A stretch of DNA of 34,874 bases from a bacterium (GTDB taxonomy: Bacteria; Patescibacteriota; Microgenomatia; Levybacterales; UBA12049): the NCBI GenBank assembly GCA_021820025.1, contig JAKAEF010000001.1, forward strand, positions 1-34,874. Reading direction: 5' to 3'. Position 1 is the stretch's first letter; each line of letters begins with the position of its first letter. Positions 26,092-34,615 of this stretch are shown in pieces. Under the pieces are notes generated by a model that ran no database searches, was not told the DNA's origin, and worked only from the letters and a program-made list of their open reading frames with translations. A program made the position numbers and the translations under genes.

Positions 26092-26160
26092 CCCTCACAT
26101 ATTCTGTAGAGGGTTTTTATCAACTTGTTGCATGGTATTAAAAGTTACTACTTTTGTCAA
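26092..26160 (-). promoter_or_regulatory. greA leader: promoter-like element followed by a terminator-like hairpin
   Basis: The minus strand reads TTGACA (26160-26155), 17 nt, then TACCAT (26137-26132). Next come AAAAA, CCCTC, a 12-nt loop, GAGGG (26113-26092) and ATTTTCTTT. The greA ATG is at 26075. Confidence 0.4.
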
Positions 26161-26175
26161 TAACCTCTAGTACTA

Positions 26176-27168
26176 TTAGCCAACAAACCTATTTAATATT
26201 CCTGCTGCCTTTTTTTTAGCTTCCTTCGTTACCTCTACCTCTACTAATCCTTTTTTTGGCTGACCATAAAAAATCTTAAATCCTTCTGGCAAAACTAAAA
26301 TTAATGGTAATACCAATAAATCTTCTTCTCCTGCCACTTCTAAGATATAAGTAGTATCGCCAGAAATAATTTCTACAATTTTTAATAATACTCTCCATAC
26401 ATCAATTGTCAAGGATCCTGGAGGGTTTTTAACAGAAAAAATTTTTTCGTTTCCTTTAAATCCAAAATCATTTTTTGTTTTATGGGTTTGTTGCCTTTCG
26501 ACAACATAATCTATAACAGAAAGTTTTGGAAAAATATGTGCATCTAAAAAACGCTTTGTGGTTACATCTCCAACCGTAATAATTTTTTCACTTGGAATTT
26601 TACTAATAGCTGCAAAGCCATTTGTATGCAAAGTTCCAAATGGCTTTTGTAAATCTTCACGTACTGGAATGGGAAGTTGTAAATTATGGCTAAACCAAGT
26701 TGGATTTCCATACATATCCATAAAACCTGTTCTTATATGTGTTGATGCCAAAGGCAAATCAGCATTGCCTTTAACAAGAGGCATAGAAATAATTGGCAAT
26801 GAAGAAAAACCACGTTCTGCTCTTTTTTTATTAACTACTTCTGCACCAAATTGTGTATTGTCTGTAACAATTAATGCCTCAACCGGATATGTATTATCTG
26901 CAACAGGTCCTTCAACAGTATTAATTGGGACAATAATCGATCTATCAAAGAAATTGTTGTTTTTTAAGAAAGCCTCTAAGGTTTTTTTTCGTTCTGCAAA
27001 AGGAGGAATTTGCAAATCATTTTTATAGTTTTTTATATAGATGTCAGAGGTTAAACCAATAAGTACATGCTCGCTTACTGAAAATGCAAAAGTTAGAAAT
27101 GCTTCATGACCTTTATGCAAAGGACCAAATGTTCCACCGATTGCAACTAACTTATATTGATATGCCAT
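26176..27168 (-). CDS. fusion of archaeal-type phosphopantetheine adenylyltransferase and DUF359 (GTP-dependent dephospho-CoA kinase family)
   Basis: The N-terminal half has the cytidylyltransferase motif GGTFGPLHKGHEAFL. The C-terminal half has ITVGDVTT, VIDYVVERQ, VAGEEDLLVLPLIL and FYGQPKKGLVEVEV, which are typical of DUF359. Confidence 0.78.
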   Translation of the reverse strand: MAYQYKLVAIGGTFGPLHKGHEAFLTFAFSVSEHVLIGLTSDIYIKNYKNDLQIPPFAERKKTLEAFLKNNNFFDRSIIVPINTVEGPVADNTYPVEALIVTDNTQFGAEVVNKKRAERGFSSLPIISMPLVKGNADLPLASTHIRTGFMDMYGNPTWFSHNLQLPIPVREDLQKPFGTLHTNGFAAISKIPSEKIITVGDVTTKRFLDAHIFPKLSVIDYVVERQQTHKTKNDFGFKGNEKIFSVKNPPGSLTIDVWRVLLKIVEIISGDTTYILEVAGEEDLLVLPLILVLPEGFKIFYGQPKKGLVEVEVTKEAKKKAAGILNRFVG

Positions 27169-28018
27169 ATTTTTTTAATCGTTTTGTATACTCAGATAAT
27201 ACCCTTGTTGTGACATCCTGCGGATGAAATGCAAACAGTGTATTTGTTATTGTTTCATTTGTCTTATGTAAATTCATGTACCAGTTTTGCATTAATCGTG
27301 CAGGAAAGTCAAAAATAACAAATATTTTTTCAAAAACCTCTTTTATTATACTACTCTTTCCTTCTCCAGCCAGATTTACTTGTGCGTGAGGTAAATAAGA
27401 TAAAACCCAATCATTTGCCAATAAAAATGCTTTATACATATTATTACGATCATACAACGGTTTTACTTGTACGATTTCGTGAGCAGTAAACAGGTTTTGC
27501 TTATTTTTTGGCAAAGTAAGTGCGTCTTTTGTAATAAACATATTTGTACAGATTGCATTTTTTGCATGCGTATTATTTCTTTTTCTTCTTTTTCCAAGTA
27601 CCTGCAGTAAAAACAGTACAAATAATCGTGTTATCCAAATTGAATTTTTGCTACAAATAATAAAAAGATCAATATCATCTGACGTATCCGCATTATTCAT
27701 AGCTAAAGATCCGCTTAAACCAATAAAAAAAATTGTTGGGATAAGAGAAAGTATTGTAACTGTTTTTTGAGCAATAAATATCTTTTTTCTACTAATTTTT
27801 TCTCTTTCTATTCTTTTTTCTACAATACTTTTTCTATTTTTTAGGAAAAAATATTCTTTCTCTGTAAAAATATCTTTTATTTGTCTTATATCGTGTAAAG
27901 AAAATTGAAAATTCCCCAAAAGATAAAACCGCAGTTCTTTAAGCGTTAGCGGATAATCAAAAATATCACTATAAATCAGTGTTTTTAACACTGCCCTACT
28001 GAGCTTTTTTTGGTGCAT
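27152..28018 (-). CDS. nucleotidyltransferase-fold (Pol-beta-like) protein
   Basis: GLSGSLAMNNADTSDDIDLFI fits the minimal G-S...D-x-D NTase signature. I prefer the start at ATG 28018. The CDS overlaps the upstream gene by 23 nt and the downstream gene by 17 nt. Confidence 0.5.
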   Translation of the reverse strand: MHQKKLSRAVLKTLIYSDIFDYPLTLKELRFYLLGNFQFSLHDIRQIKDIFTEKEYFFLKNRKSIVEKRIEREKISRKKIFIAQKTVTILSLIPTIFFIGLSGSLAMNNADTSDDIDLFIICSKNSIWITRLFVLFLLQVLGKRRKRNNTHAKNAICTNMFITKDALTLPKNKQNLFTAHEIVQVKPLYDRNNMYKAFLLANDWVLSYLPHAQVNLAGEGKSSIIKEVFEKIFVIFDFPARLMQNWYMNLHKTNETITNTLFAFHPQDVTTRVLSEYTKRLKKYGISI

Positions 28019-29885
28019 ATTGCTGTAATATTTGGTTAACACCCGCTGTAAGGGTATCAACCGCTGTTTGGGCAGAGGTTCCTGAAAGCACACTATTTAT
28101 TGCATTTCCAAGATATTGATTAAGTGGTGCATTAAATACCTGATCTTTTGTTTCTCCGACAAAAATAGATGATTGTGCTGTAGCAGCTTGAGCAATGAAT
28201 GGTGCAATAAGCGGATTACTTGAAAGAAGGTTTCCCATGTCGCTTCTTGGATACAATTCGCCAAAAAGTCTTGTTTTTGCTTCTTCTGTATATAGTTTTT
28301 GCAAAGTACTTTTTTGGGTTAAATAGTTCATAAACAATAATGCTTCTTTAGGGTACTTGCTTTTTAAAGAAACGCCTTCTGCCCAATAACTTGCTATTGT
28401 CATATTTCTTCCAGGTAAATGAGGGACAGTATAGACAGAAAAGTTTAGAGTTGGATTTAAGGCTTTAATGGTAAAAATATCCCATGAATATCCAAAAAAC
28501 ATTCCCAAATTTCCTTGCGCAAAAGCTGTAGCTGAAGGATCTAATGTTGTATCCCAGACACTACTCTCTCCATTGGCAAAAGAAGTATAAAACGTAAGCG
28601 CATCTGCTAAGTTTTTTGACGAAGATGGAAGATTTGCCATATTTACACCGTTTTGTACAAAAAGCAAAGACATAATATCTGGGGCATGCAAAATGTTGTT
28701 ATAGGTGCCAACAGCGGCTCCAGCTGTTTTAATTTTTCCTGATGCGTCTTTTGTTGTTAGCGCGCGGCTTACCGAAATAAAATCAGTCCAATTAGTTGGG
28801 ACCTGCTGGTTTGCCTTTTTAAAAATATCATTGTTAGTAAAAAGAGCAAGTGTATCAATATCTAAAGGAATCCCATAAATTGCACCATTTTTCATTAAGT
28901 CTTGTTGAAAAACAGGATAATAATTTTTTGTAAAATCTGCCGTTGTTATAACATTCTGAGGCAAAGGCTCTAAAACAGGCTCAAGCATAGGAAGCCAGCT
29001 TGGCTGGAAACGGAAAATATCTGGTCCTGTTCCATTTTGAATTCTGGTTAACAACCTTCTAGTGTAATCTGAGGGATCTTGTTTTACATACTGCACAACG
29101 ATATTAGGATTTTGCCTTTCAAAATCAGTAATAATCGGCTGCATAACCGCTTGGTCTTCCCATAGCCCCCAATATTGCAAGGTAACTTTTTGAGGAGCTG
29201 CTTTTGAGAAAAGAGATAGGATAAAAAAAAGTAAGCCTCCGCCTACAATAAAAAATGCAGCTATCCCAACAATTATCTTAACAAGAGGTAGCATAGATCG
29301 TTCTTCTGACATGCCTTTTTTAGTCGCAGGAGGGACAGATGAAGATCCGCCACCACTTGCAGGTGCTGGAGCCGGCTGGACTTGCTGTTCTTGCTGCAAT
29401 TGCTGCACTCTGTGTGACAATGTTTCTTCTGTATGAGTAGATTGAGCTGTCTCCATATGAACAGGCTCTGGCGCTATATGTTCTGCAGGCACAGGTTGCT
29501 GTTCTTGATGCAGTGGCAATGTACCGTGTTCAGTAGCTAATGGAACTTGCTGATGCTGCGGAATTTCCATATGAGGAGCCTGCTGCGGCATTTGAGCAGC
29601 TTGAATTATTGGATGAATACTTGATGGTGGAACAATTTCTCCGTGCATTGCTGGATTACTTGGGGCAACATTTTGCATATGAGGTGCTGGCTCTTGATGT
29701 AGTGGAACCGTACTTGCATGTTGTGGTTCTGCTATTGGCAAAGTTTCTCCATGCGCTGCAGGTTGTGTTAATGGTTGAATTGGTTGTGGAATATTTGGCA
29801 CATGAAAAGCATCATTGGGAGAAAATGAACCCGATTGCGGCACAGTCGAGTGCTGATTATTTGCATTTTGAGAAGAATTATCCAT
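27996..29885 (-). CDS. membrane-anchored family-1 extracellular solute-binding protein (sugar-ABC type) with a long H/P/Q-rich N-terminal tail
   Basis: I prefer the start at ATG 29885 (MDNSSQNAN...). A ~195-aa low-complexity region is followed by KKGMSEERS and a TM helix (LPLVKIIVGIAAFFIVGGGLLFFILSLF). The SBP fold follows (LQYWGLWEDQ...NPNIVVQYV...YGIPLDIDTLALFTN). No permease or ATPase gene lies next to it. Confidence 0.75.
   Translation of the reverse strand: MDNSSQNANNQHSTVPQSGSFSPNDAFHVPNIPQPIQPLTQPAAHGETLPIAEPQHASTVPLHQEPAPHMQNVAPSNPAMHGEIVPPSSIHPIIQAAQMPQQAPHMEIPQHQQVPLATEHGTLPLHQEQQPVPAEHIAPEPVHMETAQSTHTEETLSHRVQQLQQEQQVQPAPAPASGGGSSSVPPATKKGMSEERSMLPLVKIIVGIAAFFIVGGGLLFFILSLFSKAAPQKVTLQYWGLWEDQAVMQPIITDFERQNPNIVVQYVKQDPSDYTRRLLTRIQNGTGPDIFRFQPSWLPMLEPVLEPLPQNVITTADFTKNYYPVFQQDLMKNGAIYGIPLDIDTLALFTNNDIFKKANQQVPTNWTDFISVSRALTTKDASGKIKTAGAAVGTYNNILHAPDIMSLLFVQNGVNMANLPSSSKNLADALTFYTSFANGESSVWDTTLDPSATAFAQGNLGMFFGYSWDIFTIKALNPTLNFSVYTVPHLPGRNMTIASYWAEGVSLKSKYPKEALLFMNYLTQKSTLQKLYTEEAKTRLFGELYPRSDMGNLLSSNPLIAPFIAQAATAQSSIFVGETKDQVFNAPLNQYLGNAINSVLSGTSAQTAVDTLTAGVNQILQQYAPKKAQ
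29454..29753 (-). repeat. degenerate in-frame tandem repeats encoding an H/P/Q-rich motif, about 3 copies
   Basis: The protein repeats are HGETLPIAEPQHASTVPLHQEPAPHM, HGEIVPPSSIHPIIQAAQMPQQAPHM and HGTLPLHQEQQPVPAEHIAPEPVHM, spaced 36-39 aa apart. The DNA shows matching similarity (cttgatgcagtggcaatgtaccgtg vs cttgatgtagtggaaccgtacttgc). Confidence 0.6.
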
Positions 29886-29926
29886 CCTATCTATAGTATA
29901 ATACGTGTGGAATTCAAACAAGAGCA

Positions 29927-31345
29927 ATGAAGAAACATCATCCAATACACGTTCATATTTTTCATTTTAGTAAAGCTGTTTTCTGGTTTTTGGTTGGTAT
30001 TATTCTTGGATCTTTTTTTACCGTCAGCTTTGCGTACATACTATTTCAGAGAATTTATGGAAACACTATTTACCCCGGCGTTTATATTAATAATATAAAT
30101 TTTGGTGGCAAAACAGAGCAGCAGGCAAAAGACTATATAGACAGACAAAATCAGAATATTGGCAACACAACCTTTAATTTTACCTACAATGACCAAACAG
30201 TAAGCGTAACAGCAAGCGATATACATGCAGGATATAACTCTTCCCTTTTAGCCCATCAAGCATTTTCCATTGGCAGAACCCAATATATTCTTTCCGATAT
30301 TGTGCTTGTTTTTAAGGCATATCTTTATGGCATTTACTTACCGCCTTCGTATACCTATAATCCAGATGCGCTAACACAAGCACTTTCTCCTATTACCGCT
30401 AAAACGAATATTTCTCCAACTGATGCTGTGTTTACTGTTGTTAACGGAAAAGTCACAACGTTTCGTCCTTCCTCAGAGGGACAGGCAATAAATATAGATG
30501 AAATACAAAAAATTGTTTCTCAAAAAATCCCACAGATTCTTTTAATTGGAAAAAGGCAAGAATTTACAATTCCCGTTACGGTAATTCCCATTAAACCTAA
30601 GATAGCAACAGAAGATGCAAATCAGCTTGGCATTAAAGAATTAATCGGTACAGGAACTTCCCTTTTTAGACACTCTGCAGATAGCAGAGTTTTTAATATT
30701 ACTCTTGCTGCTTCACGACTAAATGGCGTTATTGTTGCACCCGATGAAGTTTTTTCCTTTGATAAAGCGCTGGGAGATGTTTCTTCGTATACGGGTTATA
30801 AACAAGCATATGTTATTCAAAACGGCCATACAGTATTAGGAGACGGAGGTGGCGTTTGCCAAGTTTCAACAACTTTTTTTAGAGCACTACTTAATGCCGG
30901 TTTGCCAATTGTAGAACGTCATGCACACGATTACCGCGTTGGCTATTACGAAGAAGATGCTCCTCCTGGACTGGATGCAACTGTTTATGTGCCAACTGTT
31001 GACTTAAAATTTAAAAACGATACTGGCCATTCTATTCTTATACAGTCCTACATTGATCCAACAGACATGAGACTTACGTTTTATTTATACGGTACCAGAG
31101 ACGGCAGAGAGGTAAGTATGACCACTCCAGTTGTAACAAATCAAACATCAGCACCTGCACCTTTATATGAAGATGATCCAAATTTACCACTCGGACAAAT
31201 TCAACAAATCGATTTTGCGGCAAATGGAGCGACAGCTACTTTCCACAGAACAGTTACCAAAGATGGAAAAGTAATTATTAATGATACATTTGTCTCCAAC
31301 TATCGTCCTTGGCAGGCAGTATTTTTGCGAGGAACAAAATCATAA
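29927..31345 (+). CDS. VanW-family protein with an N-terminal membrane anchor
   Basis: The TM helix is AVFWFLVGIILGSFFTVSFAYILF. The VanW core is GGGVCQVSTTFFRALLNAGLPIVERHAHDYRVGYY. Confidence 0.85.
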   Translation: MKKHHPIHVHIFHFSKAVFWFLVGIILGSFFTVSFAYILFQRIYGNTIYPGVYINNINFGGKTEQQAKDYIDRQNQNIGNTTFNFTYNDQTVSVTASDIHAGYNSSLLAHQAFSIGRTQYILSDIVLVFKAYLYGIYLPPSYTYNPDALTQALSPITAKTNISPTDAVFTVVNGKVTTFRPSSEGQAINIDEIQKIVSQKIPQILLIGKRQEFTIPVTVIPIKPKIATEDANQLGIKELIGTGTSLFRHSADSRVFNITLAASRLNGVIVAPDEVFSFDKALGDVSSYTGYKQAYVIQNGHTVLGDGGGVCQVSTTFFRALLNAGLPIVERHAHDYRVGYYEEDAPPGLDATVYVPTVDLKFKNDTGHSILIQSYIDPTDMRLTFYLYGTRDGREVSMTTPVVTNQTSAPAPLYEDDPNLPLGQIQQIDFAANGATATFHRTVTKDGKVIINDTFVSNYRPWQAVFLRGTKS

Positions 31346-31374
31346 ACTCGATTAAGAACAAAATTTAAAAAACC

Positions 31375-31383
31375 TGCTATAAT
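31375..31383 (+). promoter_or_regulatory. extended -10 promoter for the cytidylyltransferase / DUF192 / tsaD / VOC operon
   Basis: TGcTATAAT at 31375-31383 lies 15 nt upstream of the ATG at 31399. Confidence 0.4.
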
Positions 31384-31398
31384 CTGCTCAATAGGCGT

Positions 31399-31884
31399 AT
31401 GAACCAAGTAATTTCCCCAGAAAATGCCCAACAAATTATTAACGACCTTCATAAAAACGAGAAAACAGTAGTAATTACCGGAGGTTGTTTTGATATTTTG
31501 CATCCTGGACATTTTGCCCTTTTTGAAAACGCAAAAAAAGCAGGAGATACATTATTTGTATTATTGGAAAGCGACGAAAAATTAACCCAGATTAAAGGTG
31601 CCAGCAGGCCTATTCATTCGCAAGAAGAAAGAGCAACAATGCTTAAAGCAATTAAATATATAGACTACATTATTCCCCTTCCCCTTTTTACTAAAAATGA
31701 ACAATATGATGATTTGTTACAAATGTTACATCCAGATATTATTGCAACAACAGAGAATGACACAAATTTAAAACATAAACAAAGACAGGCAGCACTTATT
31801 CACGCAAAAGTAATAGAAGTCACAAAATATATTCCCCATAAATCAACCAGCAATTTAGCCAATATTTTGTCTAAAGAAAACTAA
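31399..31884 (+). CDS. cytidylyltransferase-family nucleotidyltransferase (RfaE domain II / HldE-C-like)
   Basis: Motifs are GGCFDILHPGH, GDTLFVLLESDEKLTQIKGASRPI and a conserved EER...L...IDYII. Confidence 0.7.
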   Translation: MNQVISPENAQQIINDLHKNEKTVVITGGCFDILHPGHFALFENAKKAGDTLFVLLESDEKLTQIKGASRPIHSQEERATMLKAIKYIDYIIPLPLFTKNEQYDDLLQMLHPDIIATTENDTNLKHKQRQAALIHAKVIEVTKYIPHKSTSNLANILSKEN

Positions 31885-31886
31885 CT

Positions 31887-32360
31887 ATGAAAAAAATGTT
31901 TTTAGTTTTTGGACTCCTTATTGCCATAATTATTTTTGTTTTTGTTACGCAAAACGGCAGATTTTCTAATCTTTTTGCATTTCCAACCAGCCATCAATCA
32001 ACAATTACCATAGATAATCAGACATTTAGCGTTCTGGTTGCAAAAACCGAAAAAGAAAAAGAAATTGGTCTCTCAAGCCGCACAGGGTTACCCGACAATA
32101 TGGGTATGGTTTTCCCGTTTGATACACCAGGTTTTTATGCTTTTTGGATGAAAAACATGAAGTTCCCATTAGATATTATTTACATTCACGGGAATAAAAT
32201 TGTCACCATTATTAACAATCTTCCAAATCCAACCCCCCAAAACGACACCTGGCAAATTGTTAAACCGACAGAAGCCGCTGACTTAGTTTTAGAAATTAAT
32301 GCAGGACTTTCTAAAAAATATAACTTCCAGGTCTCAGACATGGTAAAATTATCCCTATGA
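31887..32360 (+). CDS. DUF192-family protein with an N-terminal signal/anchor
   Basis: The family pattern is GLSSRTGLPDNMGMVFPFD...FWMKNMKFPLDIIYI. The stop overlaps the tsaD start (ATGA). Confidence 0.75.
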   Translation: MKKMFLVFGLLIAIIIFVFVTQNGRFSNLFAFPTSHQSTITIDNQTFSVLVAKTEKEKEIGLSSRTGLPDNMGMVFPFDTPGFYAFWMKNMKFPLDIIYIHGNKIVTIINNLPNPTPQNDTWQIVKPTEAADLVLEINAGLSKKYNFQVSDMVKLSL

Positions 32361-33388
32361 GAATTTTAGGTCTAGAAACATCCTGCGATGAAACATCCGC
32401 AGCAGTTATAGAATCAAACGAGGCAAAAGAGCTTACCCTTTTGTCTAACGTTGTTGCATCATCTATGCAGCTGCATAGTAAAACAGGCGGTATTATTCCA
32501 GAAGTTGCAGCACGAGAGCAAATTAAATACATGCTTCCGGTTATAAATGAAGCATTACGCAAAGCTAATCTAAATCCACAAGCTCCCGAGATTGATGCAA
32601 TTGCAGTAACCGTTGGCCCAGGATTAATTGGCTCACTTTTAGTTGGAGTAGAAACAGCAAAAACCCTTGGTCTTGTCTGGAACAAACCAATAATTCCTGT
32701 AAATCATTTATTTGGTCATATCTATGCCAATTGGATAGAAAATAATAACATCCAACTTCCCTGTTTGGCTGTTATTATTTCTGGTGGCCACACAGACTTA
32801 GTTATTATTAAAAATCACCAAGATGTTACCTGGATTGCAGGAACCCGTGATGATGCAGCCGGTGAAGCATTTGATAAAATTGGCAGACTTCTCCATTTAC
32901 CATATCCTGCAGGACCAACCATAGAAAAATTAGCAAAGATGGGCAATCCAAAAGCATACACCTTTCCAAGACCGCTTTTACATGAAAAAACCTTTGATTT
33001 TTCTTTCTCTGGTCTTAAAACAGCAGTACTGCGCGAAGTGCAAAAACTGGAAAAAGAGAATACAACATTGTCAGAGCAAACAGTTAAAGATTTAGCTAGG
33101 GCAACTCAAGACGCAATTGTAGATGTAGTTGTACAAAAAACCCTAAAAGCAGCAGAAGAATACAATGTTTCCTCAATTGTTTTGTCTGGGGGTGTTGCAG
33201 CAAACCAAACCTTAAAAGAGACATTTGAAAAGAAAATCCAAGAAAAACAGCTTCCATTTGCGTTTTATGTCCCTGCAAAAAATCTTTGTACAGACAATGG
33301 TGCAATGATTGCTGCTGCAGCAGTTTTTAATCCACAGCAAGAATCTTGGGAAAACATTACTGCAAATCCTGAGTTATACTTTGATTAA
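32357..33388 (+). CDS. tsaD: tRNA N6-threonylcarbamoyladenosine synthesis protein TsaD (Kae1/Gcp family)
   Basis: Motifs are MRILGLETSCDETSAAV, HLFGHIY, SGGHT and CTDNGAMIA. Confidence 0.93.
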   Translation: MRILGLETSCDETSAAVIESNEAKELTLLSNVVASSMQLHSKTGGIIPEVAAREQIKYMLPVINEALRKANLNPQAPEIDAIAVTVGPGLIGSLLVGVETAKTLGLVWNKPIIPVNHLFGHIYANWIENNNIQLPCLAVIISGGHTDLVIIKNHQDVTWIAGTRDDAAGEAFDKIGRLLHLPYPAGPTIEKLAKMGNPKAYTFPRPLLHEKTFDFSFSGLKTAVLREVQKLEKENTTLSEQTVKDLARATQDAIVDVVVQKTLKAAEEYNVSSIVLSGGVAANQTLKETFEKKIQEKQLPFAFYVPAKNLCTDNGAMIAAAAVFNPQQESWENITANPELYFD

Positions 33389-33389
33389 T

Positions 33390-33779
33390 ATGTTTACAAA
33401 ATACAGAATTTTAATCTATTCAGAAAATCCCGACAAGTTGCTTCCCTTTTATACAAATGTTTTGGGCTTTACACTTTTAAATAAACTTGACTATCCAGAC
33501 GACTACGGATATATGCTCCAAGTGGTGGGTGATTCGTATGTCTGGCTTGGCAAACATTCAGCAATTACAGGAAAAGCAAAAGAAAGTTTTAGGCATTTGT
33601 TTAATTTGTATCCAGAAGAAGGTGTAGCCTTTTGGTACAACAAAATTAAAGACAATCCACAAGTAACAATAGTTGCAAAGCCATTTGAAGCACCATTTTC
33701 TACAAAAGAAAATCCAGTATTTTTTTGCACTTTTTTAGATCCAGAGGGCAATTGCTGGCAATTTGTTGGCAAAGAGTAA
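33390..33779 (+). CDS. VOC/glyoxalase-fold protein
   Basis: ATG 33390, 1 nt after the tsaD stop, gives MFTKYRILIYSENPDKLLPFYTNVLGFTL... and ends ...FLDPEGNCWQFV. Both ends are typical of glyoxalase/bleomycin-resistance folds. The listed 33309 start lies inside tsaD. Confidence 0.65.
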   Translation: MFTKYRILIYSENPDKLLPFYTNVLGFTLLNKLDYPDDYGYMLQVVGDSYVWLGKHSAITGKAKESFRHLFNLYPEEGVAFWYNKIKDNPQVTIVAKPFEAPFSTKENPVFFCTFLDPEGNCWQFVGKE

Positions 33780-33781
33780 AT

Positions 33782-33810
33782 TTGCCAAAGTTTTTTAAAA
33801 GTGGTATAGT
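33782..33810 (+). promoter_or_regulatory. promoter for the GAF-ANTAR gene
   Basis: TTGCCA (33782-33787), 17 nt, then TATAGT (33805-33810). The ATG lies 15 nt downstream, and there is no Shine-Dalgarno. Confidence 0.45.
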
Positions 33811-33825
33811 CCTGCCATACTCCCT

Positions 33826-34521
33826 ATGGAACACAATTTTGCTGTTGATCAGTCTATTACCGATGTTATTAACCTACTTTCTGACATTGTCGTATTTAGC
33901 CAATTAGACTTTAACCAATTCTTAAAAAACTTTTTAAAAATCTTAGTTAAAATTGTCCCAGCCGATTCATGCTTAATTTACTTTTACGACCCTCACACGC
34001 ACCAGCTAACCCTTGTTGGTTCTAAAAAACCACACGAAAACATGGAAAACATTTTTATGCGAGAAGGTGAAGGTATTACCGGTTGGGTTGCACAACACCA
34101 AAAAACAGTGGCCATTGGTGAAAAAGCATATTTAGACGAACGGTTTAAAGCATTTAAACAACTCCCAGAAGACAAATTTGAAAGCTTTTTATCTATACCT
34201 ATTCTTAGCCAAACAGGAACAATTGGCGTTGTAAATATTCAAAACCGTCAGCCATACACTTTTTCTAAAGAACAAATTAAAACCATAGAATCTTTGGTAA
34301 AAATTATTGCTTCAGCTTTTGCCAAAACAGTATGGGAGAGAAAGGTAAGTAAATTAGAAAACCAGTTAGAAGAAAGAAAAGTTATAGAAAAAGCAAAGGG
34401 AATATTAATGAAAGAAAAAAACATGTCGGAGCAAGAGGCATTTGCCTTTATTCGAAAAGAAGCAATGAATAAAAGAAAATCCATGAAAGAAATTGCTGAT
34501 GCAATTTTACTTATTTGGTAG
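33826..34521 (+). CDS. GAF-ANTAR RNA-binding antitermination regulator
   Basis: The N-terminal GAF part reads ...CLIYFYD...GEGITGWVAQHQKTVAI...SFLSIPIL...GVVNIQN. A coiled linker and an ANTAR helix bundle follow (RKVIEKAKGILMKEKNMSEQEAFAFIRKEAMNKRKSMKEIADAIL). Confidence 0.85.
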   Translation: MEHNFAVDQSITDVINLLSDIVVFSQLDFNQFLKNFLKILVKIVPADSCLIYFYDPHTHQLTLVGSKKPHENMENIFMREGEGITGWVAQHQKTVAIGEKAYLDERFKAFKQLPEDKFESFLSIPILSQTGTIGVVNIQNRQPYTFSKEQIKTIESLVKIIASAFAKTVWERKVSKLENQLEERKVIEKAKGILMKEKNMSEQEAFAFIRKEAMNKRKSMKEIADAILLIW

Positions 34522-34615
34522 CTTCATACTTTTTTATTACACTTCTCTTAGCAACCACAAATAATCTAAACGCATAGGGGGTGATGGATAAACCTCACAA
34601 ATTATAACTTTAGGC

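Noticed and set aside
23300-27028. Antisense ORFs 23300-23548, 23373-23570, 23723-24142, 24283-24519, 25622-25864 and 26558-27028.
   Set aside because: They are nested opposite the pantoate kinase, coaBC, greA and PPAT-DUF359 genes. Their translations are low-complexity, so I treat them as non-coding shadows.
29540-29896. 118-aa plus-strand ORF opposite the H/P/Q-rich repeat region of the solute-binding protein.
   Set aside because: The repeat DNA lacks stop codons on both strands. The minus-strand frame continues directly into a TM helix and an SBP domain, so the plus-strand ORF is an artefact.
32311-32685. 124-aa minus-strand ORF overlapping the 5' part of tsaD; also 33096-33305, 33503-33772 and 31300-31512.
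   Set aside because: They are antisense to strongly supported genes (tsaD, VOC, and the VanW/cytidylyltransferase junction) and have no motifs.
33725-33907. 60-aa plus-strand ORF spanning the VOC / GAF-ANTAR intergenic region.
   Set aside because: It overlaps the end of the VOC gene, the predicted GAF-ANTAR promoter and the start of the GAF-ANTAR CDS in another frame. It has a hydrophobic, low-complexity translation.
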